Positions 1-11,600 of a stretch of DNA of 64,000 nucleotides are shown piece by piece (within the stretch, counting starts at the first letter, position 1; each line of letters begins with the position of its first letter). Source of the stretch: Chiloscyllium plagiosum (lineage: Eukaryota); the NCBI RefSeq assembly GCF_004010195.1, contig NC_057718.1:39600635-39664634 (forward strand), read 5' to 3'. The notes beneath the pieces were generated by a model. It was not told where the DNA came from and did no database searches. It saw only the letters and a program-made list of their open reading frames with translations. Both the position numbers and the translations under genes were made by a program.

Positions 1-322
1 TTGTTTGAGAATAAAAATGGACTCTATTGCTTTGAAATTACCCTGCTTATAAATATCTTTTAATAGAGTTGTCCACTATTTTAATGGACATGTAAATGTT
101 TACCTAAATACACACTTATTGCACAGTTATGTATGCAGTGCTTGCGTACAACATTAATTTGAGATTATTGGTGTGCTATACATTTACAAAGAACGACACA
201 TGTTTAATGTCTGAATCACCTCTTCAGGAGATAGATTAATCTTCACAATTTCAACTCCACCCACTATAGCAGAATCCTATCCCCTGACTCCTTGACAATT
301 AAGAGGCAAATATTTATAATCA

Positions 323-452
323 GGGAGAAAGTGAGGACTGCAGATGCTAGAGAGTCAGAGTTGAATTTCTGGTGAAAGGCTTATGCCGAAACGTCAACTC
401 TCCAGCTCCTCGGATGCTGTGACCTGCTGTGCTTTTCTAGCACCACACTTTT
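323..452 (+). mobile_element. Penelope-like terminal-repeat hairpin with a degenerate hammerhead motif
   Basis: gagaaagtgaggactgcagatgct arm, then CTGGTGA-A-AGGC-TTAT-GCC-GAAACGTC. Confidence 0.6.
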
Positions 453-2089
453 TGATAAAGATTTATAACTAGTTATGTTTAATATGTTACCCAGAATCAC
501 ACGATCTACAACATGTCACAAGATCGTATCACATTGTATTACATTAGTAGGAACTTATTTGAACTTTTATTCTCATGGTGTAAGAAAATAGTTCACCCAT
601 TTACTGTCTTGTCAAATACAGTAGAGTACCAAATTTGAAATTAGTGACAATACCCTGTCATTTATTTTTGATATAATAAAACAAAAAAAAATCTTGTTTA
701 CATTTCCCTGAAACGTCTTGGCCTGATCAATGTAAAAAGAAAATTGTGAAATCCTCATCAACATGTCTAACATTGTAGTGCAAACAGACTAGCTTGTTGA
801 TAATTCTCTTAGGCTGGAGCCGTACTGCAGCTGCTCCTGAGACCAGTAATTGTGGCCTGCAGTGTGATTCAGATCAAACTGAAATGATCTGGAGAGAGTC
901 TTGCAGTATTTGCTTTGCTGAGCACAGAAATCACATCAATATCTGACTGCTGAACTATGTTATCACTTTTTGCATAGCAATAAATCTTAATGGCTTGTCG
1001 TCGCACAAACACATCAGTACATGCTATCCCCCCCACCTTAGTCATCACGATCTTGATTACTTCGCCATAACATTTTACAGGAAGAACATCTTTTGACAAA
1101 TGTCTGAAAAAACACAAAGTTTGTCAATGAATCAAATGACTAATTTCTTACATTTGTTGATGCTGCAATGTTTTTGGCTACAAGTTTAACAATTAATTTA
1201 TCAACATGATAATTGCTTCTGAGAAGTTTATTTTCCAAATCTTAAAAGTTATTTGGTTACTGAATGATCAGTACCATATTGATTTATTGTATAAATGGAT
1301 TAGTAGAATTTTAGTAAGTGATCCGAAAAGCCACCAAATGTTTGGAGTCACAATTATGCGAAAATACCACAGAGAGTAGTTGAGTTTCAGTGGGTTGGGT
1401 AGAAATGTCAGTTTGGAATTTTTCTAAATCTTTAGTTGTTACCTGATTGCCAGGAACATCTGACTAATTTCAATTCACAGGTTACAAAAGAGACGTGTTT
1501 ATTGTTCAGTGCATTTCACTTAACTGTTAGTTTTACTATTTGTTCTTGCCAAATTGCTCTCCACCCCTCTTGAGTCTGTTGTCTCCTTGATAGTGCATAG
1601 TTCCACTGGTTCTGTGTGCCCACCAATGTTTAGTCCAAGTGCACGTTATTCATGTGTGAGCCTTGAATTCGAGCTTTAGTAGGTGATTTCAATGTGGGTA
1701 TATTAATCCTCTGCTCACCTGTCACCCACATGCATATTTCTATCAGACGTTTGCTGGGCTGCGACCATGACTGTGATTTCCTGGTCAAATATTTATATCC
1801 TGGCAGCAATGCCACCAATTATTGTAACTGGACAAGCACGTAAATGATGTCCACAAGAGCAGCTCAAAAGCTGGGAATTCTGCATCGAGTAACTAATCTG
1901 ACTTCCCAAAGCCTGTCCATCTTTTACAAGCCACAAATCAAGCATGGCAGAGTACTCGTACTTGCCAGGATAAATGCAGCTCCAACAACACGCAAGAGGG
2001 TTGATACTGTCCAGGCCAAAGAAGCCTACTTGATTGATGCTCTATCCACCACCTCCAACATTCACACCCTACACCATGATGCTTGCCTT

Positions 2090-2960
2090 CATGAGCCCAA
2101 GCACAGAATAGGAGTAAGTAAGTCGTGTTACAACTTTTTAAACATTGGTTAGGCCACAGATAGAAAACTATATACAATTCTGGTCACCACATTATTGGAA
2201 GGATGTAATTGCATTGGAGAGCCTTTAGGGATTCACCAGCATGTTTCATGGGATGAAAAATCTCAGTTAGGACGAGAGACTGGGCAAGCTAGGTGTCTTT
2301 CCTATGGAGCAGAGGAGGCTAAGGGAGTATTGGATTGAAGTATAGACAGAATAGATTACGAGAATCTCTTCCCCAAGGCAGACGTGGTTAAGACCACAGG
2401 GCATAAATGCAAGGTGAGGAGCAAGTGGTTTTGAGAAGAAATGAGACTGAATTTTTTTTTTCAGCTAGAGGGTGGTGATGTATGGAATGTGCTGCCTGAG
2501 AGGGTACTCTTGCAACATTTAAGAAGCTTTTGGGTAAGTATTTTAAATGTCAGGCCATAGATTATGGACTGAGTGCAGTTAAGTGACATGAGTGTAGATT
2601 ACAGTATGGAAACAGACCATTCAGTCCAACAAGTCCACACCGACCTCCAAAGCGTAACCCACCCAGATCCATTCCCCACGCCTATATTTACCCCTGAGTA
2701 ATGCATCTAACACCATGGACAATTGGGCATGGACAATTCACCTGACCTGCACATCTTTGGATTGTGGGAGGAAACCAGAGCAGCTGGAGGAAACCCACGG
2801 GGAGAATGTGCAAACTCCACACAGACAGTCGCCTGAGGTGGGAATCGAATCTGGATCCATAACCACTGAGCCACCATGCCACCAAGTGTAGTTTGGTTTT
2901 CGCTGGTTGGCATAGACATGGTGGGGCGAAGGGCCTATTTCAAAATTATATGACTGTAAT
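2090..2960 (+). mobile_element. Old CR1 3' fragment interrupted by a SINE
   Basis: Decayed ORF2 C-terminal region (ttggttaggccaca...tctggtcacc...ggaaggatg) and 3' tail. Confidence 0.7.
2595..2885 (-). mobile_element. HE1-type tRNA-derived V-SINE
   Basis: tRNA-like head (ggtggctcagtggtt...ttcgattcc), V-domain gactgtctgtgtggagtttgcacattctcc, CR1-like tail. Confidence 0.85.
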
Positions 2961-4574
2961 TAGAGATGTGCAATAAGTGCTAGACATGCCGGCCATACTT
3001 ACATTCCACAAAAGAATTTTTAAAATTGTATCTATGTTGTCATGCTGACTGAAATCAGACCAGATTGGAGCTAGAAGCCTTTCTGATCTGTTTGCTGCAG
3101 CTACTTGTTTTTATTTTGATTGTCAGGTTGAGAGGCAAATGCCTTCATAATGAATGCCTTCATAGTAATTTTAGAGATAAAGGTGTTGTGATGAAGCATT
3201 CTCTCCCAAAATTACAATTGCCAATTTTAATTTGGATACTGGCAGATCTGCTGTGCCTTTCATTAATTTTCTGTCTTCATTTCTTAATAATTGAATTAGT
3301 TCTTCTTTACATTGTGCAGTCGATCAAAACTGACATGGCTAACGAAACAGCTCTATGAAATAAAGGTTGTGAATTGTCAGTAGGCCTTGAGGTAGCAATC
3401 AACAGTTGTTTTGTCTGTGAAGTGAAGAACATAAAGAAGACAATTTTAATCATTTAATATTGACTTTTTTTGTGACATAAGCCAAAAATAAAGCAGAATA
3501 CTAAATTGGACTGCAATGAATTGAGTTTTAAATGGACAAGGGCACAATTTAAAAATAAGGGTATCCCATTTAATACAGAGAGAACAGAAGAATTTCTTCT
3601 CTGAGATAATGTTTGGAATTCTCTTCCCAGTGATCAGTGGTGAGCGGGTCATTGACTGACTATGTTTAAGCCTGGGTTACACAGATTGGCTTACAACTAT
3701 TCTGTTCTCTGTGTTCTTACTTGAGCATTTTTTTTTGTCCCTTTGTGATAAGTATGGATAAATGGAGAAATAACACCAGTGTTACAATGCAAACATGTAA
3801 AATAAAAGCACTGAATTTGCAGAACTGAAAATTATATTTAGCCAGCAGCTGCTAAGAACAACTGTTTTAATACTGTCACATCTCCCACTATAGGTTTTTT
3901 TAGACCTATTTGTTGTTTGGCATCAAAGGTGCTGCTTTTAAATCAACAGAAAGATTAAGAACATAAAAAGCTTTAATCTTTCTGTGATGTGTGTTTATCA
4001 TTAAATGAAAAGTGGTTCAGTACCTTCCCCTCCTGAAACTGTTGACCTTTTATTAGCCTCTCAGCTGCCAGGTTGGGAAGCACCTTATAGGAACCAGACT
4101 AGGTGACAGATCATTAAAACAGACAGTAATGGGTAAAGGTCCACCTTCTGCCCTGACTGAGATCAATCGAACTTCGCAGACTGTGACTTCGATCAAGGGT
4201 CTGACTCAACTGAGTGACTTAGTTCAGTGCATTTCAAACTCTTGAAATGAATCAGGCACCAACAGCCCCCGATCCAGAACGTAACACATTATACTCAGCC
4301 ACAAAGTACTGCATGTAGAGAATGTTTTAATAATACTGTGAAGAAATTGTTATCAATTTATTGATAGATAGCAGCAAGGTGAGTTGGCAAAATCTTCCCA
4401 GCACCTGAATGACTGGGTGTTGGCAGGAAAGTTGGGAAATTCACTTGAGATCAGGAGTGAGGAGCATCCAGTTCGGTACTGAGAGCATAAGTCCCATATT
4501 GCAACCAACTGTTGAATGACAAAATCAGATTCTTGCTAGTGAGCAGTGCAACGCCTATTTACATATGTTAGCAT

Positions 4575-5769
4575 TGTCATGACGTGGAGACAAGCAACCG
4601 AACCAAATCCACCTTTCTACCTCTGTATTAGCAACAGAATAAAATGAAAACCTTCAAAAAACATCAAAATTGACCCCAATGGTTTCCAACCAGACTTTTT
4701 GAATAACCAATCCCAGACTTTATGAATAAACAATTCTCAACACTGCATTGTAGCTTAAACAAAAGACCTGGCAATTTACTAACACTATAATAACTGGCAA
4801 AATTAAATAACAAAGTGATGTAATTAGTCTATGTTTTAAACCCAAAACCTTTGTTTTCAGCTCCATTCACACAAAGGACAGACAGTGAAACAAACAGTTA
4901 TGCGATAAATAAAAGAAAATACAGTCAGGTTCAGGGTTTTCTTCTGGGGTCTATTTGCCAGTGATATGTTTGAAAGTCAGGACACAATTCAAGACAATGG
5001 AAAGTAGCCATTCATAAGTCTAGGAAGTATTTATCGGTTGTGCCTTTAAAACTTATGATCACATTCATAAACATGAGTATTTATAATTCAAAACGTTTGA
5101 AAATCGGGAATCCCTCTAACAAAAGTGGGCAGGTTACTTAAGTGGTTTTCATTATACTTTGTTCTACAGATGTTGGTTTCTTGGTCAGTTTTCTGAAGAT
5201 GTTGATAAAGACCACCTTTACAGATCACTCAGATTAAGGCCTTAATGCTTCTAACATGATTCTTTATTCTCTGAGCTTCCAAGAGCTGATGAGGGAGGGT
5301 AGGCATGGAGTTGTCAAATCTTCATGCTGGATCACCAACAGCCAGATTCCTTCTCACAGAAAATAGTCCAAAACCCAATTCTGACGACTTCCTGACCATC
5401 TCCTCCACAAGGTCACAGTTATTTTTCAACATCTGCCCTCTGCTTGAGCTTACAGTCTTTTGCAGACTTGCTGGAACCAAATTCCCAGCTACTGACCTTG
5501 TTAATGGCCAACTTCATCTATCTGTATAAACACAATGCTCCTCCCCGCTGACAAAACATCTACAGAACTTTTTGACCAGGAACCAACCTGTAATTAACTT
5601 CCAAGCCGGGCCTCATGAATAAACAAAAATTTGTTTGGTCTGTTTTCCTATTAACATGAGCTGATTACCACAGTCCAAAAGTTATCTTTAGCACCCAGCT
5701 CCCAGATCAGACCCCAAATCAAAATTGATAAAAGATTTAAAAGAAGAAAAATCAGTGAGGGCTCTAACA
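4575..5769. mobile_element. Probable solo LTR (1195 bp)
   Basis: TGTCA...TAACA termini flanked by a 4-bp direct repeat GCAT (4571-74 and 5770-73); the interrupted host repeat continues on both sides. Confidence 0.6.
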
Positions 5770-6063
5770 GCATGCAATAGCATTCCTTATGTCTTACCTC
5801 ATCGATATGCAGCTTCCCACCCACTGCATGGCAACTAGATTGCAACAATTCCACACGGTCAGAGCAGTAACCTGGCCACTTCAGCTTGCCACTCGCTTCT
5901 CCAGTTCTCCATTAGTCACCAACATCTCAGGGCACACGGGGAAAGTGAGGACTGCCAATGCTGGAGAGTTAGAGTTTAAATGTGTGGCGCTGGAAAAGCA
6001 CAGCAGGTCACTCAGCATCCGAGGAGCAGGAGAGTCGATGTTTCAGACATAAGTCCCACATTA

Positions 6064-6522
6064 GAGTGGCATGGTGGCTCAGTGGTTAGCACTGCTGCCT
6101 CACAGCGCCAGGGACCCGGGATGGATTCCAGCCTTGGGTGACTGTCTGTGTGGAGTTTGCACATTCTCCCTGTGTCTGCATGGGTTTCCTCCGGGTGCTC
6201 CGGTTTCCTCCCACACTCTAAAGATGTGCAGATCAAGTGGGATTGGCCATGCTAAATTACCCATAGCGTTAGGTGCATTAAGGAATCTAATCTAATCTAA
6301 AAATTCCTGATGGAAGGCTTATGCCCGAAACATCGACTCTCCTACTCCTTGGATGCTGAGTGACCTGCTTTGCTTTTCCAGGTTGCTGCTCTGACCGCGT
6401 GGAATTGTTGCAATCTAGTGGCCATTAGTCAGAGGGAAGTGGGTTACTCTTCGGAGGGTCGGTGTGGACTTGTTGAGTCGATGTGCCTGTTTCCACACTG
6501 TAGGGAATCTAATCTAATCTAA
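6064..6522 (+). mobile_element. HE1-type V-SINE split by a templated insertion at 6281-6425
   Basis: Head and V-domain at 6064-6280; 3' half with (TCTAA)n tail at 6425-6522. Confidence 0.85.
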
Positions 6523-7467
6523 AAATTCCTGATGGAAGGCTTATGCCCGAAACATCGACTCTTCTGCTCCTTGGATGTTGCCTGACCACTGTGCTTTTCC
6601 AGCACTCACCTTTCTACTCTTGGAGCACATGTCATGGGTTGTGAACAAAAGCACCTTCCCACCTTACCACAGCCATTCCCTCCCCTGTCTAACAGAGCCT
6701 CCCACATGGTAATGTGGGATGTCAGTTACCTTCTAACTGACATGCTGGGATGAATAAAGCAAACACTGCAGAGCAACTGTGGGCTGCCAACACTTGACTG
6801 GGTGCACATTTGAGCTTCAAGGATGCTGCCAGGAATTGTGGGAGATCCTGGCAGTGACTTATGCCTGCATTGAGTGGCAGAATATGACAAATGGCACTGC
6901 CATAGTTAATGGTGCATAGTCAATGAGACATACTTCGGGAGATAGCAGGAGAAATTCTGTTAGGGTTCACAGGCAGAAAGCCTTCATGAAACTTACTAAA
7001 AATGACACTTCGCCAAAATCTGGTACGATTCAGCCCAGTGTGTCTGCTACTTACTGCAGAGTCATTTTTTTTTTTGGCCAGAGCACATATAGAGCAGGAA
7101 CGTGGGGGGAACAAACCTGGGGAGGAACAGGAGAACTGGAGCCTGGGGAGAGTATAAACCAAGAGAGCAAATGTTTTCAGAGAGCCACAGCATGGAGAAA
7201 GCATTTGGAGAACAGGAGTATTGTGAAAGCAAAGCAAGAGGCGTCTAGAATATAGCAGAGCACTATAGAGAAAGTGGAGCCTGTGGAGAGCTGGACAACA
7301 GACAGACCAGAAGCTTGGAAGCATCCGGAAAAAGGAGAGAGCGGGTGCCTATAGAAAGTGTAAACACAGAACAGGAGCCTGAGGAATCCGGATGGAATAA
7401 GCACTGGTGGAGAAAAGCAGGAGCATGAAGAAACGACATGTGGCCCTGATCACTGCTTAATTACTTA

Positions 7468-7957
7468 CACAAACACAACAAACAGAAATTGCTGGTAAAG
7501 CTTAGGGTGGCACAGTGGCCCAGTGGTTAGCACTGCTGCCTGGTAGCGCCAGGGACCCGGGTTCGAGGCCAGCCTCTGGTGACTGTCTGCGTGGAGTTTA
7601 CACATTCTCCCTGTGTCTGTGTGGGTTTCTTCCGGGTGCTCCGGTTTCCTCCCACAGAAATGATGTGCAATTCAGGTGAATTGGCCATGCTAAATTGCCC
7701 ACAGTGATAGATGCATTAGTAGGGTCTGGGTAGGTTACTCTTCGAAGGGTCGGTGTGGACTTGCCTAAGGGCCTGTAGGGAATCTGATCTGATCTAATCT
7801 AATCTAGAAGCATCTATGGAGGGAATTCAGAGTTAACGTTTTGAGTCCCGTGGCCCTTCCTCACAACTTTGTTCCTCAGGTCTTTCAGACCTGTCGAGCT
7901 TTTCCAGCAATTTCTGTGTTTGTGTCTGATTTCCAGCATCTGTAGTTCTTTCGGTTT
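7468..7957. mobile_element. Penelope-like inverted terminal-repeat cassette with a 14-bp TSD
   Basis: TGCTTAATTACTTA at 7454-67 and 7958-71; inverted arms (acagaaattgctgg / ccagcaatttctgt); SINE inside. Confidence 0.7.
7505..7805 (+). mobile_element. HE1-type V-SINE
   Basis: A/B-box head, V-domain, TCTAA/TCTGA tail. Confidence 0.88.
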
Positions 7958-8392
7958 TGCTTAATTACTTATCCTTGCTCTGGGTAATCACCTGGCTTTC
8001 CCACCAATAAGGCAGGTACTACATTGCAAATCCTGAAAGATGTCCGTGGACTAGAGTTTGAGACTTACTGCTTTCCCCAATTACTGGATCAGTTACTGTG
8101 ACATAAGTTAGAGTATTCATTCTGAAGATTCATTCCCACCATCAGTTAATAATAATTCTGAAATTGAAAAACAAAAATTCTCATGTAACAAGTATCAAAG
8201 TATAGGTAGAAGCCCATTCATGGAGAAATACCATAATTAATCATCTTAATTCATGAAAATAAAAACAATATTTCACGTGTTAATAATAATTTAATTGCAT
8301 AACACAACCGACGAGTCAAAAGCAGATAGTGTTTAATTTCAACTAACAATTGATCTTTAAACAATCATTAGGTTTGTCGAGCAACATAACTG

Positions 8393-8622
8393 ATGGCATC
8401 CGAAGATAGCTGTGGAGTCAAATCAGGTGTATTCATTCGTCAAGATAGTTCCAGCACGTCACTCTCTCTAGGGTTTGACCCATATCAGGCTGGATTAAAT
8501 CTTCAATTTGTTGAACCATTAGAAGATAGGTACAAATGTGTCACTTGTTCATTTGTACTTTGCAATCCATACCAGACTGGATGTGGGCATCGGTTTTGTG
8601 AAAATTGCATTGCAGAATTAAC
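8393..8622 (+). CDS. TRAF5: TRAF5 coding exon 1 (start codon, RING: CVTC...CGHRFCENC)
   Basis: Acceptor AG at 8370-8371 implies an upstream non-coding exon; ATG at 8393; donor GTAAGT at 8623 (phase 2). Confidence 0.95.
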
Positions 8623-11600
8623 GTAAGTAATAATTTCTAATATTCACTTTCAAAGTTGTTCAATTTTAAATTGTGGATTGGCAGTGAAAGTGAACATCCC
8701 AATAAATGTCGTTGGTTGCAAATCCTATCAGTTTGAATGGATCATTTAGAGAGGCAGTTAGAGGCAATGAGGAATTTACAAGAGCAAGAGGGTGTGATGG
8801 ATGGCAGTTATAGGAAGGGGGGGCATGTCTCAGATACCTTTCCTGGAGTTAACCCATCTGTGACTGTAAGAGATGAAGGCAGGTAGTGCAGGAGTCTTCT
8901 GAGGCTATCCCCATTTCAAACAAGTATGCTGTTTTGGAAAATGTAGGGGGTGATAGATTCTTAAGGAATCATAGCACAAACAGCCAAATTTCTGGTATTG
9001 AGACTGCTGTAATGCAATGAGAGGTATGTCAAGTTCCAAGCCATCGATTATCTTGGGTGTCCAGTCCAAGGTGCAGACAGATGTTTCTGTGGTCAGCAGC
9101 GAAAAATCAGAATGGTGTATTGCCTCCCTGGTGCCAGGATCTGAGAGGGTGCAGAATATTCTCAATATTCTCATGGGGGAAAGGGTCCAGCAGGAGGTCA
9201 TTGTACACATTGGAACCAATGACATAGGAAAGGAAAAGGTTGAGATTCTGAAGGGAGATTACAGAGAGTTAGGCAGGAATTTAAAAAGAAGGTCCTCGAG
9301 GGTAGTAATATCTGGATTACTCCCGGTGCTACGAGCTAGTGAGGGCAGGAATAGGAGGATAGAGCAGATGAATGCATGGCTGAGAAGCTGGTGTATGGGA
9401 GAAGGATTCACATTTTTGGATCATTGGAAGCTCTTTTAGGGTAGAAGTGATCTGTACAAGAAGGACGGATTGCACCTAAATGGGAATGGGAATAATATAC
9501 TGGCAGGGAGATTTGCTAGAGCTGCTCTGGAGGATTTAAACTAGTAGTGTCGGGTGGGGGTGTAGGACCCAGGGAGATAGTAAGGAAAGATTTCAATCTG
9601 AGACTGGTACAGTTGAGAAAAAGGTGAGCTATCAGTCAGGGCAGGCAGGGACAAAGCAGAGAACAAGGTAGGACTGATTAATTAAACTGCATTTATTTCA
9701 ATGCAAGGGGCCTAACAGGGAAGGCAGATGAACTCAGGGCATGGCTAGGAACATGGGACTGCGATATCATGGCAATTACAGAAGCATGGCTCAGAGATGG
9801 GCAAGACTGGCAGCTTAATGTTCCAGGATACAAATGCAACAGGAAGGATAGAAAGGGAGGTAAGAGAGGAGGGGGAGTGTAGTTTTTATTAAGGGATAGC
9901 ATTACAGCTGTACTGAGGGAGGATATTCCTGGAAATACATCCAGGGATGTTATTTAGGTGGAACTGAGAAATAAGAAAGGCATGATCAACTTATTGGGAT
10001 TGTGATGCATTATAGACCCCCGAATAGTCAGAGGGAAATTGAGAAATAAATTCATAAGGAGAGCTCAGTTATCTGTAAGAATAATAGGGTGGATAGTATT
10101 AAGGGTTTAGATGCAGAGGAATTTGTTAAGTGTGTACAAGAAAATATATTCTGATTCAGTATGTGGATGTACCTACTAGAGAAGGTGCAAAACCTGACTT
10201 ACTCTTGGGAAATAAGGCAGGGCAGGTGACTGAGGTGTCAGTGGGGGAGCACTTTGGAGCCAGCCACCATAATTCTATTAGTTTTAAAATAGTGAAGGAA
10301 AAGGATAGACCAGATCTGAAAGTTGAGGTTCTAAATTGGAGGAAGGCTAATTTTGACGGTATTAGGCAAGAACTTTCAAAAGCTGATTGGGCGCAGATGT
10401 TTGTAGGTAAAGGGAAGGCTGAAAAATGGGAAGCCTTCAGAAATGAGATAACTAGGGTCTAGAGAAAGTATATTCCTGTTAGGGTGAAAGGAAAGGCTGG
10501 TAGGTATAGAGAATGCTGGATGACTAAAGAAATTGAAGGTTTGGTTAAGAAAAAGAAGGAAGCATATATCAGATATAGACAGGATAGATCGAGTGAATGC
10601 TAAGAAGAGTATAAAGGCAGTAGGAGTATACTTGAGAGAAATCAGGAGTGCAAAAAGGGGACATGAAATTGCTTTGGTAAATAATGTTAAGAAGAATCCA
10701 AAGGGTTTTTACAAATACATTAAGGACAAAAGGGTAACTAGGGAGAGAATAGAACCCCTCAAAGATCAGCAAGGTGGCCTTTGTGTGGAGCCACAGGAGA
10801 TGGGGGAGATACTAAACGCATATTTTGCTCAGTATTTACTGAGGAAAGGGATATGGCAGACGTAGAATGTAGGGAAATAGATGGTGACATCTTGAAAAAT
10901 ATCCATATTACAGAGGAGGAAGTGCTGGATGCCTTGAAATGCATAAAGGTGGATAAATCTCCAGGATCTTATAAGATGTACTCTAGAACTCTGTGGAAAG
11001 CTAGGGAAGTGATTGTTGGGCCTCTTGCTGAGATATTTGTATCATCGATAGTCACAGGCGAGGTGCCGGAAGACTGGAGGTTGGCTAATGTGTTGCCACT
11101 GTTTAAGAAGGGTGGTAAGAACAAGCCAGGGAAGTATAGACCGGTGAGCCTGATGTCGATGGTGGGCAAGTTGTTGGAGGGAATCGTGAGGGACAGGATG
11201 ACATGTATTTGGAAAGGCAAGGACTGATTAGGGATAGTCAACATGGCTTTGTGCGTGGGAAATCATGTCTCTCAAACTTGATTGAGTGTTTTGAAGAAGT
11301 AACAAAGAGGATTGAAGAGGGTAGAACAGTAGAAGTGATCTATATGGACTTCAGTAAGGCATTCAACAAGGTTCCCCATGGGAGACTGGTTAACAAGATT
11401 AGATCTCATGGAAATCAAGCCATTTGTATACAGAACTGGCTCAAAGGTCGAAAACATAAGGTAGTGGTGGAGGGTTGTTTTTCAGAATGGAGGCCTGTGA
11501 CCAGTGGAATGCCACAAGGATCGGTGCTGCATCCACTACTTTTCATCATTTTATATAAATGATTTGGATGTGAGCATAAGAGGTATAAGTTAGTAAGTTT

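Larger units (their letters stand above)
4385..7036. mobile_element. Non-autonomous Harbinger-like DNA transposon containing nested elements
   Basis: Imperfect TIRs (TGGCAAAATCTT / reverse complement GGGCTGAATCGT); 3-bp AGT on both flanks; subterminal similarity to the ends of 22627-27908. Confidence 0.5.

Noticed and set aside
811..843. Possible TRAF5 5' non-coding exon
   Set aside because: There is an acceptor-like AG but only a weak donor and no supporting evidence; the TRAF5 promoter and first exon could not be located.
6012..6295. Recurrent ORFs such as [17 protein letters not shown] and [24 protein letters not shown]
   Set aside because: Translations of SINE copies, not genes.
7505..7580. 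tRNA-like sequences with A/B boxes
   Set aside because: SINE heads continuing into V-domain and LINE-like tails; not tRNA genes.
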